From positions 682,001-746,000 of the forward strand of contig OZ025784.1 of assembly GCA_964019425.1 (NCBI GenBank): a stretch of DNA of 64,000 bases, given 5' to 3'. Shown here in pieces: positions 21,532 to 33,434 of this stretch (positions within the stretch are counted from its first letter, which is position 1; every line of letters begins with the position of its first letter). Made by a program: the position numbers and the translations under genes. Source of the DNA: Flectonema sp. DT1601. Lineage: Eukaryota. Under the pieces are notes generated by a model. It searched no databases and was not told the DNA's origin. It saw only the letters and a program-made list of their open reading frames with translations.

Positions 21532-21602
21532 TGTACGTAAATTTTATACATTTGTACGTAAATTTTATACATTTGTACGTAAAATACAAATGTATAAAAT
21601 TT
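21532..21602. repeat. 21-bp tandem repeats plus an 18-bp perfect inverted repeat at the retroelement 5' junction
   Basis: TTTGTACGTAAATTTTATACA x2+. Arms 21560-21577 and 21585-21602 are exact reverse complements around the loop CGTAAAA. Confidence 0.85.
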
Positions 21603-21680
21603 TGTGTGAAAATTTATGGAACCCGAAACAAGAGACATTACACGCAGTCAGATAAAATAAAAATCGCAAAAAAAAACAGA

Positions 21681-21753
21681 GCGAGGTTGGCGCAGTCGGT
21701 AGCGCGTAGGTCTCATAATCCTAAGGTCGTCAGTTCGATCCTGGCACCTCGCA
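21681..21753 (+). tRNA. tRNA-Met (CAT), elongator type, copy 1
   Basis: Cloverleaf: acceptor GCGAGGT/ACCTCGC, D-stem GCGC/GCGC, anticodon loop CTCATAA with U31-U39, T-loop TTCGATC, followed by TTTT. G1-C72 and T54 argue against an initiator tRNA. Confidence 0.95.
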
Positions 21754-22056
21754 TTTTCTTCTGTTGAATTTCAAGGATTGCCAAAGGTAGAAATTTAAAT
21801 AAAAAAGGATAGGTGTGGAGAGCGGATTGGAGAGATCGCGGCGTGGGAAAGAGAAGTCAGGTCCGACTGATTTGTCGAATTTCTCTGGGTTCACTATGGC
21901 AAGTGATTTTTTCGGCGGTCTTCCGATCCGCTTTTTGCCTTGCGTCCCTTCCGGAACAGCACCCATCGTGTGGTTTTTCCTCCATTCGATACTTCCTCTT
22001 TCCTGGAAACTGACGGACGCGCCCCTTCCGGGATATCAGGTCGACCAGTCGAATTC

Positions 22057-22145
22057 TGTGCGACTTAAACTGATAAAGCTAAAGGAGGTTTACGTGTGCT
22101 GCCAACATTCTTTTTCGTTCTTACAATACTTGTTAAACGATTGCA
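22057..22145. repeat. 'GCACGAAACCGTG' family repeat, internally deleted copy
   Basis: CGACTTAAACTGATAAAGCTAAAGGAGGTTTACGTGTGCTGCCAACATTC...CTTGTTAAA is identical to the 32340-32417 region. Confidence 0.8.
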
Positions 22146-22161
22146 AAATAAAAAAATTTTC

Positions 22162-22265
22162 GTCGACATGGCGTGCAATGGCAGCACACGCAGTGCTGTG
22201 TGGTACTCAAACTCTTTACACTACACACCCAACAGTGGATCTCGGTTCGATTCCGAGTGGATGCA
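22162..22265 (+). pseudogene. tRNA-like sequence (A box and B box, D and T arms, aberrant expanded anticodon region)
   Basis: TGGCGTGCAATGGCAGCAC forms a D-arm (GTGC/GCAC) and CTCGG-TTCGATT-CCGAG a T-arm, followed by TTTTT. The acceptor stem does not pair well. Confidence 0.55.
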
Positions 22266-22608
22266 TATTTTATAAACAAATATGACACCAACCTGGCTTG
22301 AATGTTTAGGTTACTCCAGATAAACGTGGTTCACATTTAGAAAGGGACAACATATCCGAATAATGCTGGTTGCACACCGTCCTAATGTCTTAATCGAATC
22401 CAAAAAATACGAGCCCGGAAAATATAATAATTTACGGTCAAAATGCAATCTTTTTTATTCCAAAGGCATGTTGAAACTGAAGACCACATCTGCGGACGTC
22501 TGCTAAAGGTTGATCAAGGAAGAATTTTTTGTGTGAAAATTTATGGAACCCGAAAACAAGAGACATTACACGCAGTCAGATAAGATAAAAATCGCAAAAA
22601 AAAACAGA

Positions 22609-22681
22609 GCGAGGTTGGCGCAGTCGGTAGCGCGTAGGTCTCATAATCCTAAGGTCGTCAGTTCGATCCTGGCACCTCGCA
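22609..22681 (+). tRNA. tRNA-Met (CAT), copy 2
   Basis: Identical to copy 1, with a TTTTT terminator and the shared 5' flank starting at 22511. Confidence 0.95.
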
Positions 22682-22860
22682 TTTTTGAAACTGCTACCCT
22701 GAAATTAGAAAGGATTTAACTTAGCATCACCAACAAATGGGAACAACTGTTGGGTAAGTGAACACTGATCATAATCAGCTTTATATTAAGAAGCACTTCT
22801 AATTTAAATGTGACAACACGTAAGTATTGTGCATGAGTATATACTATTCGCTGCTATTCG

Positions 22861-25800
22861 CTAAGAATCTTTCCTTGCATTGTCGAGTGATGTGTATTTA
22901 TCCAGTTGAGCCACAAAGAAAAGGTTCGCACCTCTCTTGCACTCTGAGAGTCTTAAGAAGCAGTGAATAAGATGCCTGCTCTTGTCCTGAAGCAGGACAT
23001 CTCTTCCGCGGCCTATGACACGAGCATTACCCGATGACACGTAGTTTTCAATAAATTGATTGTGCAGAGGGGCCAATATATCTGGCACCAACATTGCAAC
23101 ATTTTTACCAGCTACATCAGCACGTGCATATCCTGTAAAGCGGAGTAGCGTTTCGTTCACAATCACAATGGTACCAGACTCATCAGCCACAACCGACGCA
23201 CTCCTGTTTGGTGAGTTATTATTTTGCCAAGGTAACGGTGATGCTTTAAAACATTACTACATACTGTGATTTGTTAAGAATGTTTTTGCAAACTTCCATG
23301 GATGTTGATGATTTGCTAAAAGCCAAGAAGAATGAATAAATTACAGGGCACGCCTGGTAATTAGCATCGTCTTCGGCCTCATCAACGATGACCCCTGACT
23401 CCAGATAGGCTGCAATCTTTGGCACAATTTCGCGAACCTGTTTTATTTTCGGAATGAAATTGCACCCCTTTGGGGAGAAAATAGTGCCAACAGGAGACAG
23501 CTTGGCCTCCATTCTTAGGATAGAAATAACACACCTTTTGAGGAATCATTTTGAGAAGGATTTTGGTTCCCTTTTCTTCGTCAACAAGCTGCCGAACAAC
23601 AGGTCGGAATATCAACTCCAATTCAAGAACCATTAAGAATACAAGGAGGCAAGATAAAAGTAAGACAATGAACCAGGTTGCATTTACAACATCACGCTGA
23701 TCACTGCTAGTGATGTCACCTTCTTCCCAGAGGGTTGCAATTACCTTTGAAGGTAGGGCTTGAGTTTCAGGTGTTTCATAGAATGAAACATCATCTGTGA
23801 CTGAGCTTGTGCCCACCTGCACCATCTTTTTAAGAACGTTAGTCCAGGTTATGTACAAGCGATCCACATTACCTTCAGCCGTCACAGGTTGACTCGTCCC
23901 TGCGAAGGTTAACGTTTCTCTTACCTGCTCTAACTCATCAATAAGTTCCTGAACATTTTTTCTATGCCACTCTGACAGTACACCTTGCAGGTGTGCGAAG
24001 TAGAGTTTATCAGCGGCGTATGCTGATCGGGCAACCAGCCACTCGCGGCTGTTGCCAATATTCAGATCAGTCAGCATGTTATCACCCTCAACCGCCCCTT
24101 TGATCCCAAAGCTGTATTGGACGACGACAAAGGCAAACACTACAAAGAACGCAATTCGACAGCGAAGTATCATTCCACTGAATAGAATTGACGTTATATT
24201 TACTACGTCACTATTAATTGATGTCTTACTGCTGAGGGTGACTCCTACAAGTCCTAATTTTGCCAACAGTGTGCAGTACAGAGGAAGACCTAAAAAGCCT
24301 ACAACCAATGCTGCTATCACGAGGGCTGTTACGTCGGATTTTCGATCATCAAACTTGCCTACTATATGTCCTTTGAACATTTTTTTTATTGTCATAATCA
24401 CTTCATCTTGGAATGCTTCTGCAGACGTCCCAAATAACAGTTGTTTAGCAATCTTCCGTTTTTCAGCAACACTCTTCGCTGTGTCTTCAGAAGTAGTGTT
24501 GTAAGGGGGGTCGTAGTCCTGAATGATATCTGCATCTCGTACATCCCATAGCAGACCTGTTTTTTATTTTGTTTTTCATGGACTTCTGTTGCCCCTTGCC
24601 TGACATTGCTGCCCAAAATAAAAAAACTCGCTGTTTTTGAGCAACTCCTCATCGGGTTGTCTTCCGACATGGGACGAAGGCGCTGGGCTCAATGCGATAA
24701 GGGGAAGATCAAAACTGCTGGGGTGAGACACAGATCGAGGTGATCACCACAACGGGGGACTCGCACTGTGTCACGGAACACCCATGGACGAGTATGGACG
24801 AGGTGTACAATGCTCCCTGGATCAGGGAAATAGATAGCAAGGACAACAAACGAGCAAATCCTCTTCTCGCACCTCTACAAAGTTGGTCAGAATATTTAAT
24901 TGTCCTACTCCTTGGCCCTTTTACTTCCTTAATACAACATTTGGATAGCAGCTTTCCCGTGGGATCGAAGCAGATGTTATGGAAGGTTCAGGGATGACGG
25001 CCGAGTCGGAAACTCTCTTCGGAAATATGAGCGTCATCAAGTAGAAGGGCAAAGTGAGAGAAAACGTCGAGGAGAGCTGGACTGCTGCAATTGCTGGGGA
25101 CCTATAGTCGGCATTAGAGTCAACGACGGTACCACAGGACTACGTACAGACTGCGGTACGGGAGCATGGAGGACTCTGATGCAGGTGCCGGAAACGTTGA
25201 TCGTGTGCATAGTGAACAAAAATGCCACGAAAATGGCGCTAGAAGAACACGTGTCGCATAACCCAAAAAAAAATGGTCAATTTTTGTGAAATGTCAGATA
25301 TCAAAGGGGGCTTTGCCCATAATTAAAAACAACATACCAACGTGTTCTTCTCTAGGAATAAGCATGTGAAGTCCCTTTGTTTCTTGTTCAACAAGTGAAA
25401 GAAGTTCTAAAGCGATGTATTGATCTTTTCTATAACTGTCAACAATTCGACGTATTTCATAGAGGGGGGTTACAGCTTCAGGTATGGCATGTTCTGTCCA
25501 ATCCCAGACTGATTCAGGAATCCCTTCATCGTGATTCTGCCAGTATCGAAGATAATAAACTGGATCTTCACTTATGAAATAAAGTTGAGCCATTGCTGTT
25601 CCATGATTCAAAGAAGATATCGTTCTGTTCTGTTGATTCATCACCATTACTTCATCATCAAGTTTCAAAGTATCAAGCATAACAGTCGCTCTGACTAACA
25701 GCGCCGCAGATGTAATGCTAATCACAAATGAGAGAATTAGTATACGAGGCATATCACTGTTTGAGAATCCACCAATTGCAGCCAGTACAGCATACATAGC

Positions 25801-28800
25801 GAATAACGAGGAACATATACTGCAAATCAACTGAAGTTCGCTGTGGTTGTCAGAGATATTTTTTTGAATTCTAGTCATCGTTTCTTGAAATAATCCAACG
25901 ATTTCTTCATTGTAGTGTCCAATATCATGTTGATACCTGATGTTTGTTTATTACATGTTCCTCACGTTGTTATGAAAAAAAAAGAAACCATTCAGATAAG
26001 CCTTATATTTTGTTTGATCGCAGCTAGTTTTACTGGCGCACAGGCAAATAGATAACAATAATAAATAACGGCTCTTAATCTGAATAGTTTCTTCTCCGAC
26101 TTCGTCGGTGCAAAAAAAAAAAGACAAACCTTTCTGATGACAGAATCCTCTGTGATTGATGAATCTTTTGTTCTTGCGTCCGATTTGGTGATAAATCTTC
26201 TTGTGAAGAAGTGTAACCGTATTGTTTGTTTCTCAACTGAAGTGTGCCTTTGGGTTGAGGAGCTGGTGACCATTTCACATTTTTTACATCACCACTGAGA
26301 TCTAACGGAATATTCCACCCATCAGCTGCTATCGTGAGGGCTATTTTTTCAGTTTCATGAATGCGATTAAGAGAGTCAATCACATTTCCAAAATGAACAA
26401 GCTCTTCGCCTGTTAATCTGCGACTGAAGAATCGACGAGATTGTTCATAAGGTGTACCCTTCAATATCGACCAATAATCATTCCAAAATGGATTGACCAT
26501 CCCAGTGGATGAGTACTCAAGGGCTTGCCGACTCAAACCTGTTGAATAATCAAAAAACTTTTGCGTCACCGCAACGAATTCCAATGACTCTGTGTGGTAT
26601 TCCAAATTGTGAAAATGTCGATAGACGAAATAAGCTTCACAACCGAGAGCGATTAAAAACAAAATCCCTAAAGCAGTAACCCAAATGTTAACTGCTTTTC
26701 TTGGAGCGTTGTCATCACTGCCGACCCTACCAGATGCTGATTGTCCTTGAGGGATGTCATTTAAAAGTTCGTTTTGCTCATCGTCATCTTCACTAATAAG
26801 TTCCAGTCGTTCTTCAGGTGACAGGGCAACAGCTGCCAAGTCGTCGACTGATATTTCAGGTTCTACTAATTTGGTCATTGGCTTATTAACAGGTTCATTC
26901 TCAATACCGACTAAGTTAAACGTAACGTGTTTGACTTTCCTTCTCTTGTCACGTTTCCGTTCATGCCAAGGCCTAGCCACGGCTGAAACCAGTGGTGGAT
27001 TTCTCCCTGATTTTCCAATACTGTTAACAGAAACCTTTTGTAGAGACATACTGCACGTCGTTCCTCTTCTTAATTCTTCTTCTTCTTCTTCATAACCGGC
27101 AGCATTGTCGTTGAATTCGTCCGCATCGTCAGTTTTTTCTTCATCTCTTGCTGCTCTATCAAACTCTTTCATCTTCTCTTTGACTGCCGTGTGAAGCTGT
27201 TCTTGAGTGCTGTGTGGTATTAGTGAGAACAAGTGAATAGCAACTATCTTGTTTACTCCAATCTTTTTGAAATTCAATTCAAAAAGGTTCTTTACAGTGA
27301 GAGCGAGGTAGAAAACTAAGAACAGGACTAATGACATCCCAGACATCACCCATGATTGATTTTCGATATTTTCATCACGAAATAACTCAATCGTGTCATT
27401 GTACGCCCAAGCACCAACCGTTGGAACGTTTTCTTCAAGAAATTGAAAATCGCTATCCATCGCCGTGAGGGTTGTTCCTGTTCCGTTCACGTCTATCATT
27501 GATACTGATGTTAACGATCCTATAACCTCGAGTCCTAGAGACCAAAGACCCACAGGAATCCAACAACTACCTGTGCATCCTAGTACTAGGTAGTGAGGGT
27601 CTTTAAAATGACTAACCAAATCACTGTATCTGCTTGGTGCCTTTCCAACAGTCAGTTTATTATGTACGGCAGTGAACTGATCAAGCGTCTCGTGTAGTAG
27701 TTCTGTGTGAGTTGATAGCGATCCCTCATAACCAGAATACATTATTTGTTTGATGTATAAAACTTCTCTCGCAGCAATTTGTACTAAAGTTCTTGCCTTT
27801 CCGCAATCATGGTACTTGTCTATTGTCGATATTTGAAGTTGAGTTCCCATAGTGCTAATGACGAAAACAATTATCGCCAACAAAACAATAATAACAAACG
27901 CAACCAAGACAGTCATTGACATAATAACAGCGGAGTTGTTATTCGTTGTATTCGTTTCTTCTTGTGGAAGAAGTTTAAAAGTAACATTATGTGTTGTACT
28001 GTGAGAACGTTGTCCTGCCCCCATTAAGTTTTTACGAAGTTCTTCACCGACTTCAAGCATTTTTGTTTTAACTTGATCGGCTTGTCTTTTATCAAGCATG
28101 ACGTGTTCTAAGAATGATGCATAATTATTTAAAACTTCTCTGTCGGTACTTCCAGCTTGGATTGCTCGTTGATAAAGACCGTTTCCTCTGTCTCTCTTTT
28201 CGGTTATTTGATTCGCAAGACTCGCTAAAGACATTAAATCGTTCTTACTGTTCATCAATTTAAACCAAAACGTTGCCATGTTACTCAGAGCGTCTTTGTG
28301 GTATTTCTTTGCTCGATTTAGGGAATATAAGTGAGCTTTGTTATACATTCCTAGTCTACTTCTGAGTAACACATACGACTTATAGGAACGATATGAAATA
28401 GAAAAAGAAACACTACCTTCCCTTAGGAGATTATCACACTGCTCCAAAGCAAACATAGTCTTTATCGTTGGACAAAATGTTTTGATGAATAGCGCGAAAT
28501 GAAAGTGAATGATTCCTAATTTTTTTTCAACAGCCAACGCCTTAACGTATATCTGAGAAGCAAAAGCTATCATGTGAATGCTGGTTAGATAACCAGATCC
28601 GTAATTACCGATTGGGGTTCGGACAGCCTCCGCGTGCATTATAAGAAATCTAGTCGACAATTCAACATCAGTAGCCAACACAACATGTTCAATGTAAGAG
28701 ATTAACATTTCAGTTCTTTGAGGTTTGTTTGAAATACCTGCTTCTGTCTCATCACATTTTCCCTGTTCGAGAATTTCATTTTGAAAATTTGCGTGAATTG

Positions 28801-29911
28801 AATTTTCGAAATTTGCTGTCAATCCAGTTGGAAAATGTGATTTGTGTAGATAGACTTCACCAAACTTACTCAAATGTTCACTTCTCTCGATGCATTCGTG
28901 GAGAATTCGAAGACCTCCGACATGCCATCCAATAACTGCTGAAATAGGAACCAAACAATAAACCCACGTAGTGCTGCTGTTGTGATCAATGTACCGTTCG
29001 TCTTGAAAGGTAGCCCCTAGTGATATGATTCCAGTGATGCAAGCAGAGAGATGGATTGCTGACCTAAATTTATTAACACTCAGATTGTAATAAGGATGAA
29101 CAAATGAAACAACTGCGAATACTAAGAAATTTAGAATCACAACAAAGACGCAGTAGCTTTTCACCCATCCTGGTCCCAAAAGTAAATGAAACAAAACAAC
29201 TAATGCAACCTTACTAAAAATAATTAAATTATCAACCCGAGAATGAGCACGTGCGAGTAGAGACGATGACCCTACTTCATCATCAAATAAACAAGTGTTT
29301 ACCAAAAGCATGATGAAAACAGTTAACAACCCGATTATAGACGATGAGAAAAAATGCAAAGTTGTTGAAACCTGCCAACATCTTTCAGTACTAAATGCCC
29401 ACAACGATCCATCGTGACAAAACATATTCGCTGCTAACATATGTAATATGGGAATACCAAAACAGGATCCGACTAGGTGTAATGCGGGTGACATTATTTT
29501 GTTAACCACTTGGTCTTTTTCATGTTCTAGGTACTCACAAGCAGCAGCAGCGATATAAATAGAAATAATAACAACTGGAGCAGCAACAATCCAATACGCT
29601 GTTGAGAAAGTTTGGTATGAAATGTTCAAATATGAATTATCCCAAATTGGAAAGTGAGTCGTGAATATCAAAGTTGAAAGTTCCTTAGTCCCAGTAATAG
29701 AATACCCAAAGTGAGGATTAATACAAAACGCAAGCTGTTGCATTACTTCAATTACAGCTCCCATCGCGCTTACTAATTTCTCTACTGAGACACTAACTGG
29801 TGTTTCCATTAACAACAGCACTGGATACAGTAATGCAGTTAGTCCTTTTGAACCTTTACCTCCGGAAGTCGATTTTCTACTCATGTTCGTTGAACCCATG
29901 TCATCTTCCAT
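22861..29911 (-). CDS. Large multi-pass membrane protein with TmcB/TmcC-like N-terminus and C-terminal PAS domain (multi-exon)
   Basis: GT-AG introns at 25937-26129, 24557-25337, 23438-23534 and 23204-23264 join five ORF-track segments in frame. PAS motif VNETLLRFTGY...GKNVAMLVP...H...YVSSG...VIG. TPR-like 'LNNYASFLEHV'. A 36-nt in-frame intron near 23300-23350 is possible. Confidence 0.8.
25988..26111. mobile_element. Miniature Helitron2/Helentron-like element, copy B (intronic)
   Basis: CCATTCAGAT...ATCTGAATAGTTTCTTCT-CCGAC-TTC-GTCGG-TGC between A-runs, inside intron 25937-26129. Confidence 0.6.
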
Positions 29912-30490
29912 CTTGTTGTTGTTGTTGTTGTTGTCGTATAAAAACCTGAAAAAAAAAAAAAAACATAGAAATAATCTTTTTACAGGTACACAATTCTTTT
30001 TCGATTTTTTTCTCCATTTTTATTATTCACTGGTTTTCCCAATATTTAAAAAAAAAAAAAATGTAAATCATAATTAGCTTTTGTTTAAAAAAACACACCA
30101 CGATGACTCTTGTAGGCCAAAATACTTCGTCTTCTTATTTTCTTATTGAGAACGAAAAAGGGGACACCAACAGTTTGGTAGCTTAAGGGTTTTGCCAAAC
30201 TGAAGGACCAGAAAATACGTGGCAGCGGCATTATATTGGCAAAAAAAACTTCCACCGAGACAATAGTATTCCACATCAGTCAAAGCAAGAGTACTGCTAT
30301 ACTATAGCATGCGTTTTTTTCCTCCCGACATTGTAAAAAAAAAAAAAAAAAAAAAAAAAGTCCCAGCCATTTTCATAAAGGAATTGTCCCCGCTTAAATG
30401 GTTTTCAAAGGGACTATTTAGTGCGTGTTGCGTGTTTTTTTTTTTTTTTTTCCCCACAAACCTTATAGAAAGAAGGGGATAGGAGGATAA

Positions 30491-30728
30491 CGAAGGGAGG
30501 ATTAACTGCCTGATTTTGTACGTAAAAAAATACAAATGTATTGTATCATAAAACAACATAAACGATAATTTAACATTAGTTTTAGAAACAGTGACTAGGT
30601 GTGATGCTCAAAAGTAGCCTTTTTGAAGTAACCATTTAGGTTTCGAGAGTAATCCATATACCTCTTTACCTCTATTCTCTCATCATCAGTTATGGTGTAG
30701 AAGTAAGTCAGTCAAAGTAACGAGACTG
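30491..30728. repeat. 'TTTTGTAC' repeat family copy, bracketed by ~25-bp direct repeats
   Basis: GGATTAACTG..TGATTTTGTACGTAAAA..TACAAATGTATTGTAT..GATAATTTAACATTAGTTTTAGA. Flanking CTTATAGAAAGAAGGG at ~30462 and ~30756. Confidence 0.65.
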
Positions 30729-31684
30729 CAGCATTCTAATTAGCGAGATAGAAACTTATAGAAAGAAGGGATAAGGGAGGAAGAGGGGAAATTGCAGGTA
30801 AAGATGGTCCTTACAGAAAAAAAGAACATGAGCGAAAAAAAAAAACAACAAATCAAACTAAATTATTATACTAGAAAGGGGTTGGGAGTGAAACACGTCT
30901 TTTTTTGTTAATAAACAAATTACCAAACATACGGAACGTAACTATTTTATTTTAAGTAAATAATGACATCGACCTAATTAGTTAGTGGCAGTACCATTAT
31001 TTATTTTATTTATTTATTTACGAAGCCTAGGAGCGTAAAGTCAGCAACCGTGAGACTCTCACAGACGATAAGAGACGTAGAATAACCTGAAAACAAAAAA
31101 TGACTACCTAAACCCACACCCACGCGAGCAGACAGTGTTAGAGATGACTGATAACACGCAATGTTCGTCAAAGAGAGAAGTTAAAGGAAATTATTCTCGT
31201 GAGGAAAAAAAATTTAACAGTTTTTTTTTTTTTTCAAAAAATCTCCGATTTCACGAGAATAATTTCCCGTCTGCCAAAAAGTCTTTTCTTTCTAAAGCAG
31301 CAAAAGAAAAAAAATAATTTACTTAACAGCACCGTACTAGAAGAAAAACTTTCTTAAAGAAAATTCTTCAAAAAATTGCACACACACAAATTCCTTTTTT
31401 TTTTTCCCCACAGGAGTATAGAATAATACGCGTGCTTTGCCAGAATATTTTTCCTCACGAGAGCATTCCCTTTTTTATTTTTCACAAGCATATAATCAAC
31501 TAATATAAGCAAATAGTAATTTATGAGAACATGTTGCACGGAAAAGGAGGAGTCAACATGAATTCAAAAAAAAAAAAAAAAAAAAGAAGTTTTTTTTTTA
31601 TTCCTCAAAAAAAGAGTGTGATAGATTCAGACAAGTGATTGCGATTGCAGTATAAATTCAGTTGAGGCCTCGAAAAAAGATGTG

Positions 31685-31714
<30 letters not shown>

Positions 31715-31716
<2 letters not shown>

Positions 31717-31899
31717 ATTCAGAATAGCCTTATCTTTCGTTGAACCCAGCCGATAATTACAGCACAGCATTTGGGTTGACTCCTGGCATGGTTTTTCCGT
31801 TGAACGCAGACAAAATCCTGTCGTATAAGCGGAAAATAATTGACCATTAAAAATATCGACTTTAAATCTGAATAGTTTCTTCTCCGACTACGTCGGTAC
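31715..31899. mobile_element. Miniature Helitron2/Helentron-like element, copy C
   Basis: CCATTCAGA...ATCTGAATAGTTTCTTCT-CCGAC-TAC-GTCGG-TAC between long A-runs. Confidence 0.6.
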
Positions 31900-32314
31900 A
31901 AAAAAAAAAAAAGGTGCAGTCACATTACTTTGACCTCCGGTGTAAAATAAGGCAGCAGTTCCTTAATTTTTCCAAAAAAAGAAATTACACTAATTCGCAT
32001 GTGAGAGGTACACATATAAAGCAATCACTTGCGCATTCATATTGATGTAGTAGACAAGTCAATTCTTTATTTAGGTAAAAAAAAAAAAAAAGAAAGAAGA
32101 AAAACGACAAAGTATTTCTGATAAGTGTTTTTTAATTTAGAAATTTAAAGGAAAACACACTGGAGAAACACTTACTACAGTCACGGTCTTGTGAAGCAAA
32201 TTTTTTTTTTTTTTTTTTTGACCGCAAAAAAAATTAAAAACGACGCAATTTTGTCGAAAGAAAAACAGAGGTTTCGACAATTTCATCGCTGAGTGAAAGA
32301 CCTGCTAAAAAAAA

Positions 32315-32420
32315 TTTGTTTGTGCACGAAACCGTGAACCGACTTAAACTGATAAAGCTAAAGGAGGTTTACGTGTGCTGCCAACATTCTTTTTCGTTCT
32401 TACAATACTTGTTAAATGCA
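32315..32420. repeat. 'GCACGAAACCGTG' family repeat
   Basis: Near-identical to 15224-15330 and to the reverse complement of 41341-41446. Confidence 0.85.
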
Positions 32421-32426
32421 AAAAAA

Positions 32427-32567
32427 CCATTCAGATAAAAAAGCCTTATAGTTGTTGATCGCAGACAGCATCACTGGCGCACGGGGGAAAATAGATAACA
32501 CTTTGACAATAATAAAATAAACGGGGGGCTCTTAATCTGAATAGTTTCTTCTCCGACTTTGTCGGTG
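32427..32567. mobile_element. Miniature Helitron2/Helentron-like element, copy D
   Basis: Same termini and hairpin (loop TTT). Interior resembles copy B. Sits in the A-run at the end of the adjacent repeat. Confidence 0.6.
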
Positions 32568-33434
32568 AAAAAAAAAAAAAAAAGAAAGAAAAAATTTAAG
32601 AATCCCAAAATGTAAGTGAAATAAATATTGAACGAACAATTGGCTGCATTGGATAGAGAGCAAATACCACACAAAAAAAAAAAAAATACTCATTTAGGGT
32701 GCCAGCGTGGAACAGTTTTAACAGGGTGCCATGAGTGGAAGAAAGCTTCTTATTTATTTTTGCTACATCCCGTATGGAAAAAATAATCAAACAAGAGATT
32801 TATAAAGAGCCCTCTCTCTCCCCCCCAGCTCCATTCCCACAATACTCCTCATCATGACGCAAGTTAAAAAAGTTTCCAATCTTCTTCCATAAAATTGATT
32901 AAAAAATAAAAAAATGAAAAACGCAAACTAAAACGTTAAAATAAAGCAAGTGAGCAGTAAAGAAAGGGGAAGAGGGAAACAAAATCATTGAGGAAAACAC
33001 ATCAGTAGAAAGAAAGAAGAAAAATTCGTAATTTGTGCTAAATTTTTTTTTCTTTTCTTTTTTTTTTTGGCCTTCGGCGATAACACCGAATATTACCTAC
33101 AAAATAAAATACCCGCACAGGAACAATTCTCGTGCCCCACACACCCTGTGGATACACTAAGGGACGGACAAGCGCAGCTTTTTTTTCAAAAAAGTATTTC
33201 AAAAAAAAAAATAAATAAAAAAATATACCAATTCAAGTTAGAATGCTATTCATATGAAATACGAAATAAAAAAATAAAAGAAAACCGACCCTAAGTATCC
33301 AGACACAAAAACAATACTGTCAACTAATATAATACAAAAGAAAAAAAAAAAAAAAAAAAAAAAAACCATAATATGTTGGACTGGCGTAGCAGTCACGATG
33401 ATTAAACCCACAAAGACATTTCAAAGTAACATCT

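Noticed and set aside
21681..21753. tRNA-Met as primer-binding site or initiator tRNA for the retroelement
   Set aside because: It is a complete elongator-type gene, and the element is a poly(A) non-LTR type that primes on target DNA.
16330..21767. Plus-strand ORFs overlapping the retrotransposon (and similar ones over other genes)
   Set aside because: Antisense shadows of long real ORFs.
32315..32420. Hammerhead ribozyme in the repeat (GAAA and CTGATAA)
   Set aside because: The core would need CUGANGA and a three-way junction. The motif is CTGATAA and lies in the wrong topological position.
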